Below, piece by piece: positions 1 through 8,637 of a DNA stretch of 64,000 nucleotides. Positions within the stretch are counted from its first letter, which is position 1. The number at the start of each line of letters is the position of its first letter. Both the position numbers and the translations under genes were made by a program. This DNA comes from Candidatus Latescibacterota bacterium (lineage in GTDB: Bacteria > Latescibacterota > UBA2968 > UBA8231), in NCBI GenBank assembly GCA_965208105.1, contig OZ242318.1, positions 4,384,001 through 4,448,000 on the forward strand. Reading direction: 5' to 3'. The notes under the pieces were generated by a model. The model did no database searches and was not told the origin of the DNA. It saw only the letters and a program-made list of their open reading frames with translations.

Positions 1-5
1 CGGTT

Positions 6-188
6 TTATGGCCCCCGACCGTTTTTTTTCAACTCGACGCCTTCCCGTTCGCCGGCGGTCCTGGCCTGAACCAGCGACTCGAAGACGGCTTGGAAGTCGT
101 AGCGTATCCACCGCTGCGGAATCGTGTAGCTGCTGATGGTCGGGGATTCCATTTGCGGCTCATTTCCGTATCGCTTCGAAGGGAACAT
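6..188 (-). pseudogene. Truncated N-terminal gene fragment, possibly of a Fic-family protein
   Basis: SYTIPQRWIRYDFQAVFESLVQARTA recalls N-termini of some Fic proteins, then runs into unrelated sequence. No Fic HPFxxGNGR motif is present. Confidence 0.3.
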
Positions 189-347
189 ATAGTAACTTAT
201 TGTTTTTAATTGTCAAACAGCACTCAAAATATTTTTCGTTTCCGCTTCATTTCCGCTTCGTTTCGCGTTTTACCGTGCTTCGAACCCGTTCATCCACCAT
301 GCAATAGAACGCATCCAGATCTCGGGCCGAGCCGCCCGGCTACCGGA

Positions 348-495
348 GTTGGGGTCCGTCCGGGCGATCACGGCAGTGCAGGTTTCGGTCTCGCTGGGAT
401 TGTAGGGAAGGTGAGGGATGCCGACGGGGATGTAAATTAAGTCGCCGCTGTTGATGTCAACATGCTCTTCCAGCCGCTCGCCACACCACCTTCCA
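348..495 (-). pseudogene. Cupin-domain protein fragment
   Basis: GERLEEHVDINSGDLIYIPVGIPHLPYNPSETETCTAVIARTDPN contains cupin motif 2 (GDxxxIPxGxPH..N). Both ends are missing. Confidence 0.65.
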
Positions 496-497
496 AC

Positions 498-720
498 CTG
501 GCCGCCGGGCGCCTGCGGATCTACGATTCGCAGCGGCTTTCCTTCGCGCTCAAAACACCGTGGTCGGAGGGGACTAGCCATCTCCTGCTCTCTCCGATGG
601 AACTACTGGAGAGGCTGGCGGCTCTGGTCCCCCCGCCCGGTTTCATCTCCTGCGCTACCACGGGGTCCTGGCCCCCCGGGCCCGGGACCGCGGCCGCATC
701 GTGCCCGCCAAAACTGAAGA
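498..720 (+). mobile_element. IS91/ISCR-family (Y2) transposase remnant, frameshifted
   Basis: LSFALKTPWSEGTSHLLLSPMELLERLAALVPPP, then after a 1-nt loss in the C-rich run near 629-638, RFHLLRYHGVLAPRARDRGRIVP. This is the characteristic IS91 C-terminal block. Confidence 0.8.
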
Positions 721-756
721 GGATGGCCTGGCTGGCTTGGTCAATGGTCGTATATT

Positions 757-830
757 GAGACTATTGCCCGAATCGGGCACGATGGGTTCTAACGGGGGAG
801 GAGCCCGGGTGACTCGGCTCCTCTACCCAC
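757..830 (+). mobile_element. Group II intron 3' end remnant (domains V and VI)
   Basis: DV-like hairpin GAGACTAT-TGCCCG-AAT-CGGGCA-CG-ATGGGTTC. DVI-like hairpin GGG-GGAGGAGC...GCTCCTCT-A(bulge)-CCC ending in AC. Confidence 0.7.
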
Positions 831-844
831 TCGTCCGGGCGTGA

Positions 845-1368
845 GATTGAAGTTTTCCGGCGGATAGTACCTGATGCGCTACGTGGTGCATTACTGATGG
901 TCCCAATTTGTAACGTGCCCGCCTATGAATCCGCCCTCCGCAGCAGTCCAATTGATGGGTTGAATCTGGCACGTGTCTTCCCCGGCGATCTATACCGAAG
1001 CTGGCGGTGGCGGCTACGCCCACCCGTCCGATGTGAATTGCTTTACCACCGGTGTGATCAACGTGATGAAGCATCTTGATATGCTGGACGGTCAGCCCCA
1101 GATTCAACCTGTAGCCCATCACCTGTCCGGGGATGGAAATATGGACAGTGTCATTTCGACGCCGGCTGCTGGCTACTTCCGATCCGACGTTGCCCTGCTG
1201 GACGATGTAAGCGCCGGTCAACGCTTGGGCACCGTTCGCGGTCCCTTCGGTGAAGTCGTGGCAGAGATAACGACCAAATATGAGGGCATTGTTATCATGT
1301 TGCGACGTATTCATCGTGTGCAAATCGGCGATAATTTGGCTCATGTGACGGGACGTTTAAGCGATTAG
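845..1368 (+). pseudogene. Succinylglutamate desuccinylase/aspartoacylase (AstE/AspA) family pseudogene with internal deletion
   Basis: VPICNVPAYESALRSSPIDGLNLARVFPGD is joined out of frame to the PAIYTEAGG...biotinyl-like C-terminus. The N-terminal HGDE motif and the central part are missing. Confidence 0.75.
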
Positions 1369-1503
1369 TTACTGACTGGAGGCGTGGCGCAAGCACTGCA
1401 ATTACGAGCGGCTTCATCAGGGTTATCGAAATATGTACAAGCGACCAATTGACACGGTCACACAGTTCTCAAAACCTGTTCGGAAGAAGGCTTAAGAATC
1501 CAC

Positions 1504-2451
1504 ATGAATCAGCCTAAACTGCGCGGCAAGGTCGCGATCGTAACGGGCGGCGCCACCGGGATCGGCGCCGGCATCGCCCGCAAGCTGGCCGCCGACGGCT
1601 CGGCCGTCCTCATCGTCGACATCGACGAGGCGGGGGCGGCTGCCAGCGCCGAGCGGATCCGGCATGCGGGGGGACGGGCCTTCTCTATGCTCGGCGACGT
1701 GTCGAAGGAAGAGGTCGCCCAAAACATGGTGGCCCGCGCCGTCGAGGAGTACGGCCGCCTCGACATCCTCGTCCAGAACGCCTACGGGGTCATCGGTTTT
1801 TCCGACGGAAGCGCCCTGGAAGTCGAAGTCGAAGCCTGGCGCAAGGGGATGGACCTGCTGGTGATGGCCCATTTCCTCGGCGCCAAGTACGGGGTGCCGG
1901 CGATGACCGAATCGGGACCGCCGCAAGGGTTCGACCCGGGGCCGTGGGAGGGCCGCGGACTGCGCCACGGCTCGCCGCCAGCCATGGAGGTCGGCCGCAT
2001 CGTCAACATCTCCTCTGTGCACGGGCTGCTGCAGGCGGCCGGGACCATGGTGTACGAATCCGGCAAGGCGGCGGTTGTCGGCCTTACGCGCCAGATGGCC
2101 ATCGACTTCGGGCCGCTGGGGATCACGGTGAACGCCATCGCGCCGGGCCATATCGTCACGGAGGGCCTGGAAAAGCTGTGGTCTGACGTGGCCAACGAGG
2201 CCGGGTTCCGCCTGCACGAGCTGCAGTACCCGGTGCGGCGCACCGGGGTGCCGGAGGACATCGGCAACGCGGTTTCGTTTCTGTGCTCAGAAGAAGCCGC
2301 TTTCATCACCGGCGTGGTGCTGCCGGTCGACGGCGGCCTCAGCATTCAGCTTCAGGAAAACATCGTCCTGGAGTTGAAGAGCTACATTCAGGAGCACCCC
2401 GGCCTGAAGACGTTCTTCGACGGGGGCTACGGCGCCGGAGACCGCCGATAG
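1504..2451 (+). CDS. SDR family oxidoreductase
   Basis: TGGATGIG Rossmann motif, NISS, YESGK (YxxxK), VDGG. Confidence 0.93.
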   Translation: MNQPKLRGKVAIVTGGATGIGAGIARKLAADGSAVLIVDIDEAGAAASAERIRHAGGRAFSMLGDVSKEEVAQNMVARAVEEYGRLDILVQNAYGVIGFSDGSALEVEVEAWRKGMDLLVMAHFLGAKYGVPAMTESGPPQGFDPGPWEGRGLRHGSPPAMEVGRIVNISSVHGLLQAAGTMVYESGKAAVVGLTRQMAIDFGPLGITVNAIAPGHIVTEGLEKLWSDVANEAGFRLHELQYPVRRTGVPEDIGNAVSFLCSEEAAFITGVVLPVDGGLSIQLQENIVLELKSYIQEHPGLKTFFDGGYGAGDRR

Positions 2452-2481
2452 GCAGCCGCCGGGGAACCGTGGTAGTCCCAT

Positions 2482-3738
2482 TCAGTCGGCGAGGAACTGA
2501 ATGCCGGCGAACGGGAACAAGGCGACGCGGGCGTTGGCGGGCAGCTTTTCGGCCAGCTGTTCCAGCAAGGCGTCCCAATCGCGAAAGAGGATGTCCCGCG
2601 GGTGGCTCTGGTAGAAATCGGCGGCGGGATAATGCTCCGACCAGACCAGCGTCTGGTCGGGTTTGCCGGTCCGGGGCAGCGGGAATTTAGCGGCCGGCTG
2701 CGCCTTCTTTTTTTTGAGGAAGCGCTCGTAACTCATGCGGTCAGAGAGACCGTGGTAGTCGATGCCGTCACAGGCGGGGTTGATGGCGACGGTGTACGCC
2801 CGTTCGAAGTGCTGCCGCGGCCACAGCGCCTTGCCGGTCTGGATGGGGTCGGAATCGAGAGGATAGCAGTTGACGACGAGCAGGTCGGCTTGGCGCCGCA
2901 GTTCCCCGGGGATGCGGGTTCCGTACGCTTTCCTGGCGAAGGCCGCTGCTCGGCGGTGGGCGGCGACGAAATCCCCGACGAACAGTCCAGCCACTTGGCA
3001 CCGGTGATTGAGCACGGAGTTAACGATGACGTCGAGTCCGATCAGGCGGGCCACCTCTTCTGAGACGTCTCTGCCGTCGCGCTGTCCGCTTTCGTTTTCG
3101 ATGATACCATGACCGCGGCCTGGGTAAAAGGTGTGAAAGCAGAAAATCGTCGCGAACCCCGACACGCCGGGGAGAATGAGCTTGGAACCGCCGCCGAATC
3201 CGACCGCGCCGTGCGGATAGACGCCGCCGAGACAGATCTTGAAATCGGCATCGGCGACCACTGGATCGATGAAAACCGGCGTCCCGTCCTTCAGGTTGCC
3301 CATGCCGCGCAGCTCGCCGCTCATGAAGTTGTGGCAGGTCACCTGAAAGCCGCCGAGGATGTCGGCCCCGACCTTCAGGGCCATCTCCTCTGTGGTCAGC
3401 GGTCGGTGCGAGCCGGTACCAACGACAAAACGGATCTGGCTGGAGGGGACGCCGGCCGCGGACAGTTCCCGCAGCACGAAGGGGATCAATTCGCGGGCCG
3501 GCGTCGGCCTGCTGAGATCGTCGACGACGATGGCGGCGCTCTTCTTGGCGCACGCCATTTCGGCGATCCGCGGGGTGCCGATCGGCTGATCGAAGGCGGC
3601 TTGCCGTTGCGATTCGGCGAGCGCGGGCGTGGCCTCGGGGGCGAGCACAGTGACCTCCCATCCGGCGGGAAAGGAGAGGGTGATTTCCTCGTCGCCGTAG
3701 TTGGCGCGGGAGTAGACGGTTGCCCGATGGGTAGCCAC
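2482..3738 (-). CDS. LarA (lactate racemase)-superfamily nickel-pincer enzyme
   Basis: DDLSRPTP, GSHR and PHGAVGFGGGSKLILPG motifs. GTG start at 3738 follows an AGGAGA RBS; the upstream part of the track ORF belongs to other fragments. Confidence 0.85.
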   Translation of the reverse strand: MATHRATVYSRANYGDEEITLSFPAGWEVTVLAPEATPALAESQRQAAFDQPIGTPRIAEMACAKKSAAIVVDDLSRPTPARELIPFVLRELSAAGVPSSQIRFVVGTGSHRPLTTEEMALKVGADILGGFQVTCHNFMSGELRGMGNLKDGTPVFIDPVVADADFKICLGGVYPHGAVGFGGGSKLILPGVSGFATIFCFHTFYPGRGHGIIENESGQRDGRDVSEEVARLIGLDVIVNSVLNHRCQVAGLFVGDFVAAHRRAAAFARKAYGTRIPGELRRQADLLVVNCYPLDSDPIQTGKALWPRQHFERAYTVAINPACDGIDYHGLSDRMSYERFLKKKKAQPAAKFPLPRTGKPDQTLVWSEHYPAADFYQSHPRDILFRDWDALLEQLAEKLPANARVALFPFAGIQFLAD

Positions 3739-3780
3739 TGAATCTCTCCTGGAGCATAGGGGTTTGCAGAACGTAATAAT

Positions 3781-3876
3781 ATGGCACAGCCGCCAGTATC
3801 CTCCAAGGAGAAATGGGAATCCCGCTACCGCGCCGGCGATTTCGAGCCCAACCGCGAGGCGGTGCCGTTTCTCGTC
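3781..3876 (+). pseudogene. N-terminal fragment resembling a class I SAM methyltransferase (TehB-like)
   Basis: MAQPPVSSKEKWESRYRAGDFEPNREAVPFL (WxxRY start typical of this family), truncated. Confidence 0.35.
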
Positions 3877-4020
3877 GGCCCATTGGTTTTCGGTGTTGGC
3901 GAAGTACGCAGGTGTCGCCAGCCAGATGGCAAAGTAGGTGCTCCATCCGATGTGGGGCACCGTGCCCACAAGCCACAGCACGCAGAAGATTGTGAGCAGC
4001 TCACCCTGCCTCAGGTTTGT
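3871..4020 (-). pseudogene. Fragment of a membrane protein (DUF6785-like)
   Basis: LRQGELLTIFCVLWLVGTVPHIGWSTYFAIWLATPAYFANTENQWADE: hydrophobic segment with a YFAxxENxW motif, no intact ends. Confidence 0.4.
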
Positions 4021-4079
4021 TGTGTCCTTAAACAACGACCACTATATTATCTGCCTTGTTGAAGTGGGGGAAGAAAAAA

Positions 4080-4205
4080 ATGAACACGCGATCGACCGAA
4101 CAAGGTCCCCTGGCGAGTTTTTCGGACGGTACGGAATTCAAGATCTGGGAGGATGAGACAGATTACCAAAAGGAATACTGTGTGGACCAGCAGCACCCCG
4201 CCGAA
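4080..4205 (+). pseudogene. N-terminal fragment of a secreted/beta-helix-type enzyme
   Basis: FSDGTEFKIWEDETDYQKEYCVDQQHP resembles starts of right-handed beta-helix proteins, truncated. Confidence 0.3.
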
Positions 4206-4252
4206 GGTGAAGATCACCGATCAGTGACGGTATTTCGCGAGGAGGTGCGATC

Positions 4253-6448
4253 GTGAAACGAGTAGGGTCCACCGCGCAGAGGTTGAAACAACTGCCATAT
4301 GAGAAAAGGGTGTGCAGAACCGAGTACCACACACACGTCCTCAAACCGTACTCGGGTGAAGACGAGGTTGCCGGTCCCACCATAGAGGAAGAGATTGAGG
4401 GGTGGGTCGAAGCCGGCCTGGAGGTCTGGGTTGTCAGCGGCGAAGTCGATCGCGGCACACCCCTCTGGCCATCCAGGATCATGGAAACCCATCCCGACGC
4501 AGACCCCGACCGCATCTCCAGGTTCATAGACCTGTGTCACGAGCACGGCATCATCGTCCTGAGTTACTACCCTTTCACCTTCACCAAGAAGCTGGTCGAC
4601 ATCCACCCGGAGTGGATGATTCAGATGCTGGATGATGGCCTCCCCGGGATCTGGAACGAGGGGTGGTTCTGCGTCAACTCGCCGTACCGGGACTGGCTGC
4701 CAGAGTACCTCATCGAGATGTTCGACCACCTGGATTTCGACGGCATCTACTTCGATGACACCAACTGGGGCTCGCATTCAGGCACCCAACGTCCCACCGT
4801 AGGCTGTTGCTGCAAGTATTGTCAAGACCTCTATCTGGAAGCGACGGGATCGCAGTTGCCCAGCAAGGTGGACCTGGACTCCATGGAGTTCCGGCGGTTT
4901 GTGAATTGGCGCTACGACAAATGGCTCGAAGGAATCGAGCACGTCACCCAAAAGGTTCACGCAAAGTATCCGGACGCGATCATCGACTGGTACAACTATG
5001 GGGGGTGCGCGCGCCAGACCCCGGATATGTGCTGGACCATGGGCCATCCGCTGAATCCGGTAAACGGAAGCTCCTATTTCTTCTCCAGGCTGGCCTCCAT
5101 CGAGAATCCGACCTTTGCCGCCAAGCGGTTCAAAGCTGCCGCCCCCACCTTCGGTTTTTGGATGTGTCAGAGGCCGATGTTGCCCGAGTGCGAGACCCAC
5201 AGTGCGCCCTATCCAGCGCCGTACTCGCAATTGGTCTGCGGGCTGACTACCGTCGCCCACGGCGGGGCGGCCATCGCTCCCTTTCTCAGGGCGGGCGAGC
5301 ACACCGCGTTCGGGGACGCCGCGAAGTCTATCTTCACCGAGCTGAAAAAGCTGCGGCCGTACGTCGGCGATAAATCGTTCAGGTATCTCGCTCTTCATTT
5401 CTCCCAGCAAACCAAGGACTTCGGCTATTACAAGGAGGCCGACAACTTCTGGCGGCAGATGCGGGGCAGCTGCGAGATGCTCACGCGCTCGCAGATTTTG
5501 ACGGACATCGTTTTCGACCAGCAGCTGACTTACGACCACCTCTCGTCCTATCGGATGCTGATGCTCTCTGACAGCAGGTGTCTCGCGGACAAGGAGGTGG
5601 AGGAGATCACCCGGTATGTGTCGGAAGGAGGAACCCTCCTGGCGACCTATGAGACCTCCCTCTACGACGAGATGGGACAGCGGCGCGAGAATTTCGCACT
5701 GGCAGAACTGTTTGGCATGGACTACCGGAGTTCACCCGCCGTGCCCGACGAAGAGACGGGCGCCGTCGATCCTGCACAAGGCAACCTTTACGTGCCACAG
5801 GAGGAAAGTCTGCGCGAGCAGCTCGGCTACATTGTGGCCTTCGTCGCCAAACAGACGGAGGTTTCGGCCAGGCCAGACAGCCAGATCGAGGTCCCGTTCA
5901 CGAAAAGCAGCCTCGAGCATCGGGATGGCCGGCCTCCCCTGGATCACTTTTACGCCCGCGGTGACTACGATTCCGGCCTCCCGGCGGTCACTGTGAACAG
6001 CTTTGGCAAGGGCAAGGCAATCTATGTCTGCGGCGACGTTGGGGGTGGGTACGACCGCAATCCCCTGCCTCAGCTGAAGCGGATTCTCACCTGCCTGGCG
6101 AATATGGGAGCGCCGCCGATCGAGGTGGAGGCGCCTGGCGTCATCGAGGTGACCGCCACCTGGCGCAGTCCCAAAGAGGTATCCATTCACCTGCTCAACA
6201 ATCCGTGGCCGTTCATGCCATGGAGACCCGGACAGGAACACCAGGAAATCAGGCAGATGTTCGAGAGATGCCTGTTCATAAAAGAGGTGGTGCCGGTACC
6301 CGGCGTCGCCATCACCGTCAACGGCCTTGAGGTGAAGAGCGCTTCGTTGCCGCTGCAAGGCAAGGAGCTGCCAGTGGACGGGGAACCGCTGAGGATTGTT
6401 TTGCCCAACGTGGGGATTCAGGAGATCCTCCTGCTGCAACTGGCTTAG
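4253..6448 (+). CDS. Putative glycoside hydrolase (GHL6/GH42-like TIM barrel plus beta-galactosidase trimerisation domain)
   Basis: HPEW, CVNSPYR, FDGIYFDD, CCCKYC, GGTLLATYETSLYDE, FGKGKAIYV, IHLLN motifs. Confidence 0.85.
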   Translation: MKRVGSTAQRLKQLPYEKRVCRTEYHTHVLKPYSGEDEVAGPTIEEEIEGWVEAGLEVWVVSGEVDRGTPLWPSRIMETHPDADPDRISRFIDLCHEHGIIVLSYYPFTFTKKLVDIHPEWMIQMLDDGLPGIWNEGWFCVNSPYRDWLPEYLIEMFDHLDFDGIYFDDTNWGSHSGTQRPTVGCCCKYCQDLYLEATGSQLPSKVDLDSMEFRRFVNWRYDKWLEGIEHVTQKVHAKYPDAIIDWYNYGGCARQTPDMCWTMGHPLNPVNGSSYFFSRLASIENPTFAAKRFKAAAPTFGFWMCQRPMLPECETHSAPYPAPYSQLVCGLTTVAHGGAAIAPFLRAGEHTAFGDAAKSIFTELKKLRPYVGDKSFRYLALHFSQQTKDFGYYKEADNFWRQMRGSCEMLTRSQILTDIVFDQQLTYDHLSSYRMLMLSDSRCLADKEVEEITRYVSEGGTLLATYETSLYDEMGQRRENFALAELFGMDYRSSPAVPDEETGAVDPAQGNLYVPQEESLREQLGYIVAFVAKQTEVSARPDSQIEVPFTKSSLEHRDGRPPLDHFYARGDYDSGLPAVTVNSFGKGKAIYVCGDVGGGYDRNPLPQLKRILTCLANMGAPPIEVEAPGVIEVTATWRSPKEVSIHLLNNPWPFMPWRPGQEHQEIRQMFERCLFIKEVVPVPGVAITVNGLEVKSASLPLQGKELPVDGEPLRIVLPNVGIQEILLLQLA

Positions 6449-6465
6449 CCGGGACTACCGTGAAG

Positions 6466-6600
6466 ATGCGCTCACGTCTTCTGCCCCTGCTCGCTCTGTG
6501 GGGGGTTGCAGTCTACGGCGACGATCCGCCCCTGGACGAATTTTTTTCGGCACGACCGTTTCTGCGATGGAACCCTTCCCCGTACCATAACTTCGGCTGG
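6466..6600 (+). pseudogene. N-terminal fragment of a secreted protein
   Basis: Signal-peptide-like MRSRLLPLLALWGVAVYG followed by a short mature region, then loss of coding character. Confidence 0.35.
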
Positions 6601-6861
6601 CAGCATTCGCGCTCTGGTGGGATTCACCGAATTCGGACCACCGATCTAATCCAGCGAGGCTGCGCCTCAGACCGCCAAGGCATGTGAAAGTCGCCACATG
6701 AACCTCGATCCAACGGCATCAAAAACCGCGCCCAAAGGAGGCCGCCCCCTCGCCGTCCGCGCCCGGTAGCTCGCCTGATTCACCAAACTTGACTCAACTA
6801 CTAAAAAACTGCGTTCCAAAGCAGGCTAGTGCGGGTTGCTGCAAATGCCGGGAGAAACGGA

Positions 6862-7785
6862 ATGAAACAGGAAGATTACGAATTCTTCAAGGAGAACGGC
6901 TACCTATCGCTTGGGAAGATCCTGAGCGATGAGGAGGTGATCCATTTTGCGAACCTCTTCGACCGGAATCGACGGGACTTCGGTCGTTTCTGGAACGACA
7001 ATGGCACCTGGCAAACCCAGCACTGCGAGGTGCTCCTGACAGCGCCCGAGTTCGATGAACTCATTCGCCATCCCCGGGTCCTCGAACCTCTCCAGGCGCT
7101 AATGGGCGGCGAGGTCTGCTTCTGCGAGATCAGTCTCCGGCACATGGGTCCGTATGCGGGCGAATGGCTTCCCGGGATGACGTCGTGGGAAGGGTCCGTA
7201 GGGCGACGCTGGCATCGCGACAGTGGGCACCTGGTGTGGCGGAAACATCCGTTGCGTCTAACCTATGTTCAGCTGATGGTTTACCTGGCGGAGGTCAACG
7301 AGACGACCCACAGCTTCGCCATTTCACCCCAATCGGTCGATCAAGAGATGCTGGATACGGAAGCTCAGCTCGAGCGCGGCGGCATCCACGACCAGCACGG
7401 CGTTGCTGGTACGGCCTTGCTGTTCAATCTCTCCCGTCTGCATACAGTTACCGTGCGGCCGACCCGGTCCGCACGCAAGACCGCGCAGATCTACTACGGC
7501 CACCGGAATCACGAGTACCTCAGCGAGTCTACTTATATACCCACTCGACTTTGGAGGAATCATCCGGACACAGAAGTGCGTGGATTCTATAGCGTTCTCA
7601 ACGGAAAAACCCAGGAATACCTGGAGAGCACCACCACCCCGGAGCAGGGCCCGGTGAATCAGGTGCTGGAAACCTTGGCCGATATTCAGGAGAACGCAAA
7701 CCTGCCGAAGAAGTACGGACCCCGCTGGCGTTACACGGTGCACGGCACAAAGAGGAAACGAAGTCCGGCAAGGCATCGCCATTGA
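6862..7785 (+). CDS. Phytanoyl-CoA dioxygenase (PhyH) family Fe(II)/2-oxoglutarate dioxygenase
   Basis: FFKENGYL start, WHRD (HxD) motif, distal His in SRLHT. Confidence 0.88.
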   Translation: MKQEDYEFFKENGYLSLGKILSDEEVIHFANLFDRNRRDFGRFWNDNGTWQTQHCEVLLTAPEFDELIRHPRVLEPLQALMGGEVCFCEISLRHMGPYAGEWLPGMTSWEGSVGRRWHRDSGHLVWRKHPLRLTYVQLMVYLAEVNETTHSFAISPQSVDQEMLDTEAQLERGGIHDQHGVAGTALLFNLSRLHTVTVRPTRSARKTAQIYYGHRNHEYLSESTYIPTRLWRNHPDTEVRGFYSVLNGKTQEYLESTTTPEQGPVNQVLETLADIQENANLPKKYGPRWRYTVHGTKRKRSPARHRH

Positions 7786-7831
7786 CAGAACGTAACGGTT
7801 GACAATGTTGGTGAGTGATGCCACCTTGGCT

Positions 7832-7848
7832 CTGTCCTAGGAGGACAG
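7832..7848 (+). promoter_or_regulatory. Hairpin sequestering the Shine-Dalgarno of the PIG-L gene
   Basis: CTGTCCT-AGG-AGGACAG is a perfect 7-bp stem containing AGGAGG, directly before ATG 7849. Confidence 0.35.
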
Positions 7849-8583
7849 ATGATGTTTCTGGAAAAGAGAAGAGTCCTGGTTTTCAGCGCGCACGCCGCTG
7901 ATTTCTGTTCCCGTGCCGGCGGAACGATTGCCCGCTTCGTCGATGAGGGAGCAGTGGTCCACGTGCACGATCTGACCTACGGGGAGCGGTGCGAGGCGCC
8001 GGCGTTGTGGTCCCTCGACCCGCCTCCGTCCCTGAATGAAATCAAGGCGATCCGCAAAGAGGAGATCGAGGGAGCCGCCGGCATCCTCGGAGCGACGATC
8101 GATTGCTTCGACTTCGGCGACTGCCCGCTCCTGCTGGGCCCGGAGCGGCGGCTGCAGATCATGGATGCGATACGCGCCTTCCAACCCGACCTGGTTCTCT
8201 GCCATTGGATCGACGACCTCCTCCATCCCGATCACGTCGAGACAGCTCAGGCGGTACTGTGGGCGAGGTGCTACTGCGACGTGGCGGGCGTCGAAACCGA
8301 GCACCCGCCATGCAGGGTGCCCGAGTATGTATGCTACGAGGCCCAGCTTGCGACCTCACCGGTGACGAGGTTTTTACCCGAGTTCTACGTGAACATCGAC
8401 TCCACCATCGAGCGCAAAGTGGAGGCGATGAAGAAGCTGGCTGCGCAACCCGCGCTGCCAGAGCAGTACACCATCCTTGCGCAATACCGCGGCCTCGAGG
8501 CGCAGATCACCGCCGGAATGAAGGATTGCAAGCACGCCGAGGGGTTTCGTCGACTCGGTACCGGTGAAGCAGGTAGCCGGTAG
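7849..8583 (+). CDS. PIG-L/LmbE family protein, GalB (4-oxalomesaconate hydratase)-like
   Basis: SAHAADFCSRAGGTIA (GalB-type HxAD rather than HPDD), LTYGERCE, HPDH. Confidence 0.85.
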   Translation: MMFLEKRRVLVFSAHAADFCSRAGGTIARFVDEGAVVHVHDLTYGERCEAPALWSLDPPPSLNEIKAIRKEEIEGAAGILGATIDCFDFGDCPLLLGPERRLQIMDAIRAFQPDLVLCHWIDDLLHPDHVETAQAVLWARCYCDVAGVETEHPPCRVPEYVCYEAQLATSPVTRFLPEFYVNIDSTIERKVEAMKKLAAQPALPEQYTILAQYRGLEAQITAGMKDCKHAEGFRRLGTGEAGSR

Positions 8584-8637
8584 CTGACCTTACAGGGGAA
8601 GTCGGTATGCGAAAACAGAACAGGAACGGGAGGGATT

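Noticed and set aside
236-262. Short TTTCCGCTTC tandem repeat
   Set aside because: Only two full copies, too short to assign a function.
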